63,480 nt of DNA, filler included, from Choristocarpus tenellus KU-1152 (GCA_964200185.2; 12 parts of 12 records of this genome joined end to end with filler, not necessarily neighbours in it), one strand, 5' to 3'; shown: positions 1 through 12,673, counted from the first letter of the whole stretch. The notes: a model not told the origin generated them from the letters alone. Numbers and translations: made by a program.

Positions 1-39
1 CTGCTATCTTCATCCGACCCCCCCCCCCCGCAACGAAGG

Positions 40-73
<34 letters not shown>

Positions 74-1147
74 TTCCGATCATTCACAAAAATCTTTCAT
101 TTTGTTTGTGGGTTGCTGACGAACCTGGAAAGTTCCTCAACTCCACTGACCAAAACATTAACAGTTGGATTAGTGGTATAATGTTATGGTATAATGTTAT
201 GGTATATACCGTGAACAGTAAAAGTGATCTATCTCACTTACACCTCCAATGGTAAATATGGTAAATATGGTAAATTTCATAACACTGTACTGTACTGTAC
301 TGTGGACAAAAATAAAATATATTTTGAAACACCGGCCTTGGTGCGGTCAGGAAAGAAGTGAAAGAGGACGGGTTCTAACTTCTGGATGAATCGAGGAGTG
401 CTATTGTTGTGAATAGAGGTAGAAGAAGGGAGAAGTGGAAGGGAACAGGGTGTAGGTTTGTTGATGTTTTGGGGGGGAGCGGAGCAAAAGGGAGGAGGTA
501 GTTGGGTCCAAAGCTTTTCCAACACATGACAGAAATTCAAGGGGGAGACCTCACTCAGGGTGAAAAAAATATGAAAAAAATATGTATTTTTTCTCATGAC
601 TGTTCTTGATGCGTTTTAGTAATCACTCTCCACCTGCTAATGGAACAAGAATAGTTCTATTTCATTATAACGTCAACTCTTCCCCCAGGGAAGAGGAAAA
701 TCGTCGCAATTGAATGATCTCTTTCATATATTAAATAGGAGAAATGGGATAAATAGGATAAATAGGATAGGTGGACTGCGCAAAAGCCAACGGAAATCTT
801 CACCCCCTCCCTATCATCTCATTCCTTGATGAAAATACAGATGCAACAGGGCCTTGTAGGCCTCAACCACAGAGGAGTTTTATTACATCATTTACAAAAA
901 CTGCAGATATACCAGATATACACCTTTAAAATAGGTCAAAACTCACTCTTCAAATTTTCTTCCCCCCCCCAAAAAATAAAATTATATATATATATATATT
1001 TCCCCTAGAACACTACTGTGTTTCACAAATACTTCGTAACATACACGAAAAAATATTCATTTTACATCCCACATTAAAATCTCTGTCTACCTAGACCATC
1101 CCTCCCACACCCACCCTCATCCAGACACACACACAACACACACACAC

Positions 1148-2572
1148 CTGCCAAGGATCAGCATCTCGATCATCCAAAACACAAAACGGTTCCGTGCTAA
1201 CCCCCACCACCATCGACCCCACCAAAGGAACGTGCTCACCAGCCCCAAGCACAGTACATCCTCCAACTATTCGTTCGTCCAGCACCTCACTCACTATCGC
1301 CTGCCAAGGCCTTTGATCACTATCCTCTAATGCCCTACCCCTCTCCAACTCCCTTTCCCCCTCCTCCCCTCCCTCCTCCCCTGAATCCATCCCTACCCGC
1401 ATCTTCCCACCCCTTGGACCCAAATCTCCCTGTTGACTCATTGACCCATTCCCTCCCCCCCCCCCTCCTCCACCCTCCTGCCCATCGCCATCAACACTAC
1501 TACTACGAGATATTGGCCTCAGACGGAGACCCCCCGGGGCCCGAACAGCAACCTCCCACCTCTGTCGAACAAACCTATAAATGCGCCGTCCCAAGCTGGG
1601 TTTGCATAGCCGAAATGGATCCCGGAAAATTGAACCATCAAAAGAAAACGCAGGGGCAGGGGCAGGGGCAGGGGGCGGCATTGGTACCTGAAGGTCCTCA
1701 TGCGGGGGGAGCATTGTCAGGTCATTGGTACCGTTATCGTCATCACCAGTCCCCACTAGGTTTGGGTCATCACTGTTATCGTCAGTGGGGACAGACCCAT
1801 GGACCTGGAAAACATTGTCATGATCCTGACCTCCTCCCCTGTCTCCTCCCTCTGCTTCCCTCCCATCTCTCTCCCCCATGCCCAAGTCTTCATCCCATCC
1901 TTCCCACGCCTCAGGTTTAGACACAATATCACCACTCCCCATTTGAGATGCCTCCAAACCAATACCAACACCTTTCCCTTTACCCTCCTTCCTTGCCAGT
2001 AGTGGAGGGGGGGGGCGCTCCAGCGACGATCCCAAGGCAAACGGGTTTGACTCCAGACTTGTCAACGAAGAACGCCTCTCTCTCGAAGTAGAATTGCCCA
2101 ATACCTCACCCCCCACACCCTCCACTGACGAAAACACAAAGGGGTTTGTAGAAGAGATTGGAGAAGCTGTACCTGCAGTAGGGACATCAGGACTCAAGAA
2201 TGGGTTTGCTGCTGGCAATGACCCTGATGATGGGACTGATACTGGTACCAATGACCCTGATGATGGGACTGATACTGGTACCGGTGCAAAGGGGTTCACC
2301 GGGCAAGGACTCTGCCCAGAGCTTTGTGTAGGGGAATCCTGAGATCCAAAATTGCCTTGTCCTCGGGTGCTTCCTGTAGTTGACTTAGTCACTCTGTGGC
2401 CAACTGCACCTGGCATTGGCCACGGGGCCAGGGCAGTGTTTGTAGTCCAAGAGGTCTTGACTCGGCCAAGATCAGTCAGGGAATGTTCCTCTGGACCATC
2501 CCAGACCAGGTCCGAGATGGGCTCTGGATGGTCACCGACAACAACAGGGTTCATGAGTAGGTCCTTTTTGCC
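1148..2572 (-). CDS. Large internal exon (475 codons) of an unknown, mostly disordered protein with NPF/DPF/DPW motifs
   Basis: Within the 537-aa ORF; acceptor ccag|GGC at 2572 and donor CAG|gtgtgt at 1148, both phase 0. A phase-compatible downstream exon 333-381 reads KLEPVLFHFFPDRTKA. No family recognised. Confidence 0.65.
2218..2282. repeat. 33-bp in-frame tandem duplication in a coding exon (VPVSVPSSGSL x2)
   Basis: atgaccctgatgatgggactgatactggtacc occurs twice in tandem. Confidence 0.9.
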
Positions 2573-3194
2573 CTGGACGAGATTTTTTTTGATATTTTTT
2601 TTATGGGAGTGCACAGAAAAGAGGAAGGGATTTTTGAAGAGAGTAGTCTGGAACCATTGCTGTTGTTGAGGAGAGACAAAGTGTATCATTGTGTATAGAT
2701 GCATGTAGGTGTCTGAATTTGCGCTTGCACTTGGTACCTTAAACCCAATACCTTGTACCTGGTCCTCATATCTAATGTCTTGTTCTTGGTACCTGGTACT
2801 AGTACTTTCCTTTGCCTACTGTATGATCCCAGGCAGCAGAACACTTACTGTCAAGTGCTGGCATTAACGTGTGAAATTTTGGGAACCAGTACAATGTGAC
2901 TCAATGAGGAGTAAGTATAATGTGCGTACAAACTTAATTTTGCTGACAGCCTTGGCGGGAGGATTACAAACTTGTCCCCCCCCAAAAAAAACATGAGAAA
3001 ATGAGACATTTCGAGCCATTTTTGTCCCAAAATGACTCCAAAATCACTTCAGTCCGACCAAGAATTGACTAACTTTTGAAAATCGTTTGAATGATGTCAG
3101 TAGCATGAACATAACAGTATCCATTTCCCAGATAAAATGAAGAAATGAAGGACGTTCATCAACAACATTGTGCTGTATTAACCACATATATGTA

Positions 3195-3295
3195 TGTATC
3201 CACCAATCAAATCACACACAGCACATACAAGTATCCACCAATCAAATTACACACAGCACATACAAGTATTCACCAATCAAATCACACACAGCACA
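3195..3295. repeat. ~35-bp tandem repeat x3
   Basis: gtatccaccaatcaaatcacacacagcacatacaa repeated with minor variation. Confidence 0.85.
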
Positions 3296-3874
3296 TGTCA
3301 AACAGCCCAATGCACAAAGGGGTTACTGCTATAGGTCACTATAGAGCAACCCAGAGCGGCTCATAACCATCATTCAGAGCAATACTTTAGGGTCTCATCT
3401 TCTCAAGAATAATTTTTTTCAGATAAAAAAATGCAATCACCAATATATATATATTCCTTACTTCTTCCCACCGTGGCATCAAAGATATAATATAAGATAC
3501 AAAATATATTTATATAGGAAATAGAACATCCTGTTTCCCCAGCTAAAATCTAGCAAAAGTGCTAAATAGGTGACCTTCTTTAGTGACCCTTTTATCCCTT
3601 CTTTACTCAAGCCCTTACCTAAGTAAAAATTAACTTTTCACCAAAAAACGTATCATCTGCGTACAGGTAAGACTTGCAATACTATTCACTTCACCTTCAC
3701 CTCTCAAATGCTACATCATACACATCATACACACATAATTACAATTGATTGTCTCAGTCATACCACACGACGAGGAAAAGGTATACCCCCAATAAATTAG
3801 CCCCCCCCAGATGGTGAGGTGGTCCTTCAAGAGGCAAAAGGCTTTGAGGCAAATGCGATTCACAAGTACTTCCC

Positions 3875-4005
3875 TACATGTCATCACACATCATACAGGT
3901 CATCACACATCATACATGTCGTCATACATCATACATGTCGTCACACATCATACATGTCATCACACACATGCCATGACATATCATACATGTCACCACACAT
4001 CATAC
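3875..4005. repeat. Imperfect ~19-22-bp minisatellite (catacatgtcatcacacat)
   Basis: Directly visible; it explains the spurious His/Thr-rich ORFs at 3811-4149. Confidence 0.85.
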
Positions 4006-4686
4006 AGAACAACAAACAGGAACTATTGGAGGCGTCTACACATGAAAATGAAGCTACCTCAGGATAATCAAATAACTGGTCTGAAAATATCTGGTACTGA
4101 GTTGGTCACAATTGATTGGATGCAGTCAATAGGTAATAGTCCTGGTTAACAACAAACCATCTATCGCCGTGTTGGCTGCTTCTATCCTAATCAAGGCTTG
4201 AATCTGCAATTTTCTAATGTTCTTGACCACTAGAACAAAAAATAAATAACCCAACATTCAGTTGACTGCTTAGCTTAGCATAACTTAGCATGGAAAACAT
4301 TTGTTTTTACTACTACTACTACATCACCCTTGATGGACTAAATACATAAATACATAAATACATAAATACATAAATACAGAACTAAAGCAGTCACCACGCT
4401 GAAGTAATCCACAACCATCACATTGCCAGAAAACAAGCAAATCTCAATACTTTACCCCCTGAAACACCTTCCACCACCATCACGACTTGTCTCTCCTGAC
4501 TACTCCTGACTAGTCATTACTACCCATTACTACTCCTTCAAAAGGAAAGGTACAACCTTCATAAAACAAATTAATTTTCACCACAATATGATTCCATCCC
4601 AACTATCCCAATTAAGCACTCCCAATCAAAATCCCTCTGTGCATGTGGTAACTACCAACTCCCACCTGTCGTTGCATGTCCATCAC

Positions 4687-4785
4687 CTCCTGAAGAGGCT
4701 TTACAATCCTATCCACAGCCCGACACCGTTGTCTTAAGCTCCTTGCACTTATAGCCATCTCATCCATACGTAATGTGGGAACCAG
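4687..4785 (-). CDS. Putative upstream 99-nt exon of the same unknown gene (LVPTLRMDEMAISARSLRQRCRAVDRIVKPLQE)
   Basis: ccttag acceptor, open phase-0 frame, GAG|gtgatg donor; same strand and contig as the large exon. Confidence 0.45.
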
Positions 4786-4993
4786 CTAAGGAACACAATG
4801 CAGTAAAATCAGGCATTGCAGCAAGAAAGAGTCTTCAATACTGTCTCAATAAATATAATAATAATAATAATAATCTTCAATACTGTCCCAACACAGATAA
4901 AAATAATACTAATCTTTAATACTGTCCTAACACAGATAATAAACAAATGGATGCATGCATGTATGTCCCTCTGGGGGAAGGGGAAGGGGGAGG

Positions 4994-5093
4994 NNNNNNN
5001 NNNNNNNNNNNNNNNNNNNNNNNNNNNNNNNNNNNNNTTAATTAATTAANNNNNNNNNNNNNNNNNNNNNNNNNNNNNNNNNNNNNNNNNNNN
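4994..5093. other. Artificial contig linker N44-TTAATTAATTAA-N44 (first of 11)
   Basis: Identical 100-bp spacer with stops in all six frames at 4994-5093, 9047-9146, 14062-14161, 17496-17595, 20187-20286, 22974-23073, 31320-31419, 36689-36788, 43956-44055, 48253-48352 and 60611-60710. Confidence 0.98.
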
Positions 5094-5694
5094 GGGAAGC
5101 ACGAGGTCGTTCAGCAAGACAGTGCCCCCCCCCACACGGGCAAGGCCAACTCAGAAATCTTGTCAGGGGCAGGGAAGACTGAGGGGTGGTCGATTAGGCT
5201 TGTGGTGCAACCATCTAACTCCCCCTACCTCAATATCACCGACTTGTACTTCTTCAGGTCATTGGAATGCATGTAATGGGGGAGCGGTTTGGGTCCATCA
5301 AGGAGATGGTGAAGGTTACTAAGAAACAGTATAAGGAGTATGATGAAACCACACTTGAGAGGGTCTGGCAGCTCCTTTTTGTGGTGTACAATCAAGTACT
5401 TAGATATAAAGGGAGGAATGACTTCAGTGTGGAGCACACAGGGGTAAGGAAGAGGTAGTTGTCTGGTGAGCTTGAAAACACGCCGAAGGTAGACATGGAG
5501 GCTTTTTCTGTTACAGATAAAATTGTGATGGATGGGGAGTAATAACAATAAAAAGAGCTGACCCTAACCAGAAATTCGTCAAGGGTTCCAAATCTTCTAT
5601 CAGAAATGAATTTTATCGTCTTCAAAGGTTATGGACAAGTGATGGGCAAGTTAAGGACAATGCAGCACAGGCTTATTATGGCACAGAGGTAGTA
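5094..5694 (+). mobile_element. 3' part of a degenerate Tc1/mariner element (plant-mariner-like transposase pseudogene) with right TIR and TA
   Basis: Manual translation gives VVQQDSAPPHTG...GWSIRLVVQPSNSPYLNITDLYFFRSL, then a frameshift near 5270 into ...TLERVWQLLFVVYNQVLRYKGRNDFSVEHTG and an in-frame stop at 5456. Terminus cttattatggcacagaggtag|ta lies at 5672-5694. Confidence 0.88.
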
Positions 5695-6651
5695 TAAAAA
5701 TAATAAGATATTTTTGATTGCAATCGTGGTTGGTAAACTGATCCCCTTACTTAGTGTTAACGTTGAATCAGTTTGAACTTTATTACTAACCTTCTGACAT
5801 GCACGCATTGATACCCACAATGTGTGAAGTCCTGGCTGTTCACGCATCCTGCCCCTCCATCAGGACAACCGAGACAGTCTTCACCTCCTATGCCTGTAGT
5901 GGTGTGTTTGTTGCTTATCTTCTGCTTCATCTTTGGTGGGTTGCTTGGGAGGTGGGTGGTGGATCATATTATTACCAACATCACGCTTGCCTTGGCTCAC
6001 CAGGGTCCCTACTCAATGAATTCTTCTACTACAACCCACTATTTTTGCTGTAGGATCTATTATGGGATTGCCTGCATATTATATTGTCCTGACCCTTGGT
6101 CAGAGGCACTATCTTATATTATTACACAATGCACGTAGTACATCGCTACGTATGACTATGAAAAGTCCTTCCTCCGCCCCCGTTCCTGCGTTACCTCCTC
6201 CTCTCTTGACGTTGGGTTCAGGACTCCCAGGTTCAGGTTCAGGGCTACCCCCACCCCCCCCACCTCTTCTCACATTGATCCCCTCCACCTTTCATTGTCC
6301 CATTCCTCCCTCCAATATTGTCTTGAACGCTGCCTTGAAGCGTCCACATGTGGGTGCACCTATTGGTCGATAGTAGTCGCCAGGTACGTAGATTTGGATT
6401 GAAACCAGATTTGCACGAAAAGAGGACTGATATCATTGGGGCTCGAACCCCAGAAAACTATGTCATCAACCTCAAATCCATCTGCTGAGTTATAAATGGT
6501 GAGACCGCCAACCTTCTAGGTAGTATTAAAATATCCCAAGTACGAAATATCACACCACACATAGATACAAAATTGATTCGGTTACAGGAGGTCTGACAAT
6601 CGCAAGTGGGATGGTCATAGCTTGAGGGAGTACCAAGCACGAGGTCCTACC

Positions 6652-7791
6652 ATGTCCGAGATTCAATTCATCGTGGATAAACTCAATGAGCCGCCATTCG
6701 AGAAAGACTTGCGTCTGGCGAGTGATACGCCGGTCACCCACTTCTTTCGGACTTGGATTGTTGCAATAGATCGCCAAATGATGGATATTTTTCTCCACGA
6801 GAGTACAAATGCGGTTGATTAATGCTGTGAAGATCGAAAGGGGTAGATTTTTTCCTATTCACCTATCCTGGGTGATGATTAGGGGGGGGTTCGATCTTCC
6901 ACGATACGCAAAACCTCAGCAGGTTACGACGAACACATTTTGTCTCTTTCCACAAATCCCTTGGTCGTGCTCAAGTTCAGCAACCAGATCTAACTCGTAT
7001 TCCACTAACTTTCCAGAAATTGTAGGGTCATCGATTTGTACGGGAATCCTGTCTGACCAAAGTTGGACCTCACCCCGGTATCAAATCCTCTTTGCCCACC
7101 CGACCCTCTGCTCTCCCCACATTCAGGTGGATTTCGACGAGAAATCTCCACAAGATCTACTCCAGACTCTCAATGAGGTTTTGGTCACCATCGATCCTGA
7201 GCAAGCTTCCCCTGAGACTAAGGACGAGCAGGTGGAGGCAACTGCCACCAGGATGGTGTCTTTCCTGGTCATGCTCAAGTTCAACATACCAGATCGCCAA
7301 CGAGAGACTTTTTACCACGGATTCATGACCGGGTACGGTAATTGGAGTAAGGGACTAATAAAGGGATGGGGCGACGGCGAGTGTGGTGCTCATATTGCCC
7401 TGATATCTATTGTGTAATGGATCTACGCTAGAAATGACTATTGTAGATGCAACTGATCGTTGTTCGTATGCTCGCGATTTCTTCGCAACTTTCTAAATCC
7501 TTGGTATTGTCAAATACTTCTCTCCGCAAACAGCTGGAGTTGTCAAGTATGTTACACTCTGACAATACTTTTCACCCCCAATAAGCCCCTTCAACTGGTC
7601 TATTTCTCTCCATCAAAATTCCAAGGGATAAGTCTGTGGTGTATCCTGCGCTGCACTGGTGCCTTCAACGTCTCCCTCAGCTTCAGAAACGAGCATACCT
7701 TGCCCACTACCTGATGCCCGTGGAGGTGCCTATGGAGTTCTTGCAAACAACAGCATTGGCTGAGCTTTACGAGTCGTACAGGAAACTCCAG
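6652..7791 (+). CDS. IFT81: Intraflagellar transport protein 81, N-terminal exons (6652-6717, 7127-7332, 7626-7791); 3' part not in contig
   Basis: Spliced MSEIQFIVDKLNEPPFEKDLRL/VDFDEKSPQDLLQTLNEVL...FMTG/DKSVVYPALHWCLQRLPQLQKRAYLAHYLMPVEVPMEFLQ matches the IFT81 CH-domain signature (FIVDxLNxxPF; VIYPVLHWLLQR...KKRAYLARFL). Exon phases are consistent. Confidence 0.93.
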
Positions 7792-8936
7792 GTAACGGTG
7801 GTAGTCGGTAAGGTCGTCGACATAGTACTAACTACAATCGAAATGGCACCCCACTGGCATCAGTATATTTCAATCAATCCTATTTCAAACTGGGGGTCTG
7901 ATTGTTTGGTTGCTACACATGGAAAAGTATATTTGAAGCGTTACTACAAAGACTGTACCCGCTTTGGGGGGATATGGGGACTTTGCAGGAGAAGAAAAAT
8001 GATTACCACCATTACACCGAGTGATCTGCTTTGTCCAACAAATAGAACGATGAAGAACAAAGGCAGTCCCAACCAGTTTTTCCTCCGCCAGGGCCCCTCA
8101 ATAGCAACAGGAGAAGCCCTGTGCCTCATGCCACTACGTGTGCACCCACACACCATTACCCAAGTAATGAATAAACGGCAATCGATCATTCACTGTTCGA
8201 TTGAATAAGACTCTTCATTGAGTCGCAAACTCGTGGTTGATGGACATCAAGTACAGAAATTGACTGAGGTATAATGCGAGGGAGGGGAAAAGGGCAGTGA
8301 TTGTTTAGGCTGTCTTTTTTAGAGCCCCGGGGTTAGGGTTATGTGCCATACTTTATGTCTCCGAATTTAGCGGGTTAAAAATGGATCTTTGAACTATATA
8401 CCATGGTTGGTTTTTGCAGTTGGGAAAGGGAAAGGGAAAGGGTAGTATGCAGTAGTTCTACACTGTCCAAAAAGATAAGTATATATACCCTTGAGTAGTA
8501 CATACTATTTATTTCGAATATATGTATGTTTTTTTAAAATATATGCAGACGGGATTGGAGGATGGAAGAGATGTCCATGAATGAGAAGGCGGAAGACTGC
8601 CTCACATTCGATAACTGTAATAGTGTCTTTGAGTGGATTTCACAAAAAGGAGTACAAAAAAAATACGGCTTGCAAGAAGACACGGCACTTCTGTTTTAAT
8701 ATTATGTTTTATTTATTATGCATCCCCTACAGACCTCGAGAGTGACTCAGGTGTGTTATTGTAGGTGAGAAGGGAAAAGGGAAACAGTGGTGACCTATAA
8801 GGTCAGCAACTTAGACATATGGTGGTTGATAGGGGTTCACAAGACAAGTCAAAAGAGGAGGTGGGTTTTTGAGCATAGTAGGGACTTTTTGAGGGTATGA
8901 TATTTTAGCTCGGTGGAAGTGGGAAATGTGCAGAGA

Positions 8937-9046
8937 GGCTCAAAGTATCTGGGGGAGGGGCGGCGGTTGTTCATTTGGGGTCAATTTTTTCATGTCACGA
9001 TTTTGGTCCAAAATGGACACCCTGGTGTAGAACCCCCCCCCCCCCC
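8937..9046 (+). mobile_element. MITE family A, partial internally deleted copy at contig end
   Basis: Terminus ggctcaaagtatctgggg; internal ggacaccctggtgtagaacccc shared with the other copies. Confidence 0.75.
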
Positions 9047-9146
9047 NNNNNNNNNNNNNNNNNNNNNNNNNNNNNNNNNNNNNNNNNNNNTTAATTAATT
9101 AANNNNNNNNNNNNNNNNNNNNNNNNNNNNNNNNNNNNNNNNNNNN

Positions 9147-9247
9147 GGATGCGTCGGGTGGATAAGCTGAGTGCCCTTTTCCCTGGCAGGGACCAAATGG
9201 GCACCCTGGGGGAGAACCCCCCCCCCCCCCCCCAGATACTTTGGATC
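9147..9247 (+). mobile_element. MITE family A, right half
   Basis: gcgtcgggtggataa...caccctgg...cccagatactttggatc, the inverted copy of the left terminus. Confidence 0.75.
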
Positions 9248-9449
9248 ATTTATTAGTTGGAATTGTCGATAATCTTATTATCATTACCTGTAATCCTTGG
9301 ACGGATCATTTTGAGTCTCTTGCACCACCATCACCACCACCACCACCACCACCACCAACGTAATACAACTAGATCCGCGTGCACCTGCCTCTGTCCTGAC
9401 CCATTTAGTCAACTAGGTTCATCCAGGCTATAACGAACTTGTACGTTCG

Positions 9450-9716
9450 GGCCCAGAGTATCGTAGAGAGGGGACGGTGTTTAGACCAAATGGTTCATTT
9501 TGGGGCTTGAATGGGCGTTGTTGGATACCCAAGTTTGATGCCCATATTGCGGGTGATTTTCCTTTGGTTTGGTCTAGGCAGGGGGATGGAAACGGACGGT
9601 GCGTCCAGATGAAGGGAGTTGCCCTTACGCCTGCAGCGTCCACGGATATGAAATTAAGTCAATAGAGGGTCACACAGGCCCCGAATGGACCTTTGACCCC
9701 CCTCTAAGGTACTGTC
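9450..9716. mobile_element. Possible third MITE family (C) with degenerate related termini
   Basis: cccagagtatcgtagagagggg ... ccccctctaaggtactgt resemble family B TIRs; no TSD resolved and only one copy. Confidence 0.4.
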
Positions 9717-12344
9717 CAAACCTCGCTTCTTCTGTTATGGCATTTGCTCGTACTATGGTACACTACCTCAGCAGTGCGGTCAACATATTTTCGTTTCCTA
9801 AACACCGCAAGACAGTGCTCCAAGAGCACATCAACCACGAAAAATGCGTGGGTGAAAGGGTTCAAATAGCATCTATCTGGGGACTTACACCTCCTTTCCC
9901 CCCCTAGTAGTATTGTGATGATTGAATGGAATATCCTCCTCAACAAACACTAGATTCATGTCATACTTCTTGCTCCAGTGTTTGGACGTTTGGAAGAGTG
10001 GCAGTTTACTCCTTGTTGCTGGAACACAAAAATAAATACTACTACAATTATTACACATGATCTGTAGTGGTTTGAAAGTGCAAAGCTTGTTTTTTGACAG
10101 GCAAATTTCAAGGAGGAGGTTTTGCACATACATACATGCGCTGGACTGCTCTGTGTGAGGATCGAAAAGCTCGATGATATGGTGGGGATATAGATGCAGA
10201 ACCATCAAGCAGTAATAATGTCCCAAAGTAAAAGAGAGGTATCCAGGTTTTACGATTTTACATTTTAAGCCACCTTTTCCCATCTTTTGCAATTCTCCGT
10301 TTATTCTATGAAGAACCCCTAAGAAGAGTATCTTGAGAGTATTGCCTTCTTTGATGTTTGAAAATCTCGACAGAAATCAGAAAAGTCTCTTACACGCATC
10401 TATACAAAAATCCGAATTTTGTAGTAAAGGTTGTCTGATCCCTTGATTGGATAAAAATGTACTATGTATGGTCTCTATATTTTGTGTGATGGCAAACCCT
10501 ACCTACTACTACTATACAAGACGCACGAAAACCTCGACCTGACACGTCGTAATAATGTAGTTATAAAATTCCACACCAACACGAACAATACGTAAGTAAT
10601 GTGTAATTTGCAATTTTTTGGGGCATGAAACTTCAGTTACGTTCATCCATCCTTCTTTGTGCGATGACTGTTTTATGCTTTATTGACCTGTTAGTGCTGA
10701 GGAGACAATAATGTAGGTTTAGTGGCAATATTTGCGTAGCAATTATTTCAGCTCATAGCAAGCACAGCAGCAGCATTATTAGTAGAAATAGATACATGCC
10801 CTAGAGAATGTCGTTACAACTGACCTCAAAAAAGTGGATGAGATACAGCTACATCTTTGCCGTTGGCTTTATGCCAATTGAAATACTGTTGTAGGCCTCT
10901 TAAGATCTACACTGTTGTGTTGAATGGGAGCACTATAATCAGAGGCCCACTATGTTACCCTGAGTGATGAAGAAATTACCAAACTTTTCACAACACCTCG
11001 ATCTCTTTTTTCAAGAGCGACTGGGTTAATACCACGTGGAAGGAAGATTTGGCCTGAGTCCAGATGATCAAGAGGTGAGTGATCTAGAAGCAGCAAGTTG
11101 TGGTGTAAGGAGTTTCTGAATCTCTTTGAGTAACTAAAGATAACATAATTGAACATTTTGGGCATAAGAGATGCAAAACAATATACCAGAAGAATTGAGT
11201 GCGGTCAGCTATCATTGATTCAATTCAGAGGTCTCACCACAGTCCGCCCAAGCCTCACAATCGGGGACGCACACACACACACACACACACACATGTATGT
11301 ACCCATCCTTCCTTTCAAAGTGAAGCCCACTAAATGACAAAAAGTTGAAAGGGCAATACCAGTATCTACGAAAGTGAAGAGATGTAAAAAACGACAGGTA
11401 GGTCATATTGTGTACTTGCAGAAAAACCAACGCACAGTCACACCAATCGAAAATGCCCCACAGATCACACCCAATCAATAGGATGAGTTTGTTCACTCTG
11501 CCGCCTCCCCTGCCTTAATCTTGGCAGGCGTTTTTACTCAAGAGTGACTCAGTCACACTTAAGAGTAAGAAGATATGTGATAATTCATTGCGCAGTGGAG
11601 AATAAAAAGCAAGAAAAACACCCATGGCTGTGGCCGGTCGTCGTACAACTCCTATCAAAATCCACACAAACCAGCATGCACATTGCAATGCGGTAAATAG
11701 ATATCCCCTAAATAGCTACTGAGTAATCAAGACATCTACTCACCAATTATCCTACTCTCGGTTTCAGGACACAAAAACAAAAGGAACATTGCAACAACTA
11801 CAGTAGAAAGTACGTGAAAGTTCCAGATAAACACCAAACCCCAACAAAAAACGTCCACCGTCCGATTGTCATATCCCTTTCCTCTCCCCCTTCCCTTGCC
11901 TGCACACCCCTCTCACAAGACCAATGCAGTGTGTAGAACACAGGGTCAGGACAACGTACGCATTGAAAATTGCTACTCTTGTATGCCTAATGCAATCTCT
12001 AAGCACCCTATCCAGCTCCAGACCTCTTCATCCTCCCCATGCCTCCTAGGCACCTCAGTCAGATCAACATCCATGCTACCCTACCACAGTAACAACTGAG
12101 TGACAGATGTATGTATACAGGATGTACATATACAGCTCCTTTCTCCTCCGCACACCACAACCTCATCAGAAAACATGTCTGGGATCTCGCTCACAGACTC
12201 ACCCCCCACATACATTCAAATCCTTAACAAGAACAAATTGTATTGGGTCCAACCAGTAACCTCAACTAATCTCCTCCCCCGTCCCACTCCCTTCTCTACC
12301 ACAACCTCTGGCTCTCGAGGAGCATACCACTTAAAACAAGATAG

Positions 12345-12673
12345 CTATGCCAATAACAGTGCAGTATCTACTTCTTCCTCTTGGAAGCCCTGCTCCTCCC
12401 TCACTTCTGACCCCTCCTTGCCTAGTGTTTCCCATCCTCCCCCCCCCTCCTCCGCCTCCCCCATTTTGGATGCTTCAGCATCCATCAAGGCCACCTCGGC
12501 ATTTGTCAAGAACATCATGTCTGCCAATTCCTGCGCAATATCATAGGATGCCTTGGGTTTGGCGGCACGTAGAGCATTGTACTTCATTGACAACAGCTTT
12601 TCGGGATCCTTGAGCCATCCGGCCACAGTGGACCCAATCACGCCGGGGTGTTTGCTGTAGTCACCAAAACCAC
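12345..12673 (-). CDS. MGD: Monogalactosyldiacylglycerol synthase (GT28), terminal exon
   Basis: acag| acceptor, then GGFGDYSKHPGVIGSTVAGWLKDPEKLLSMKYNALRAAKPKASYDIAQELADM...stop. This resembles the MGD C-terminus (GxGxFSKxPxxIxxIVADW...MSxNALxLAxPEAVFxI). Confidence 0.8.

Noticed and set aside
1330-2669. Pro-rich plus-strand ORFs
   Set aside because: Antisense shadows of the Gly-rich minus-strand exon.
3195-4005. Tandem arrays as CRISPR
   Set aside because: No unique spacers, eukaryotic context and no cas genes; these are ordinary minisatellites.
5038-5049. Recurrent TTAATTAATTAA palindrome as a biological motif or CRISPR-like repeat
   Set aside because: Always centred in 88 Ns; it is a synthetic stop-codon spacer.
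5795-5900. Minus frame VKTVSVVLMEGQDA*TARTSHIVG with in-frame TGA, as a possible selenoprotein
   Set aside because: No redox motif, no recognisable family and no SECIS seen.
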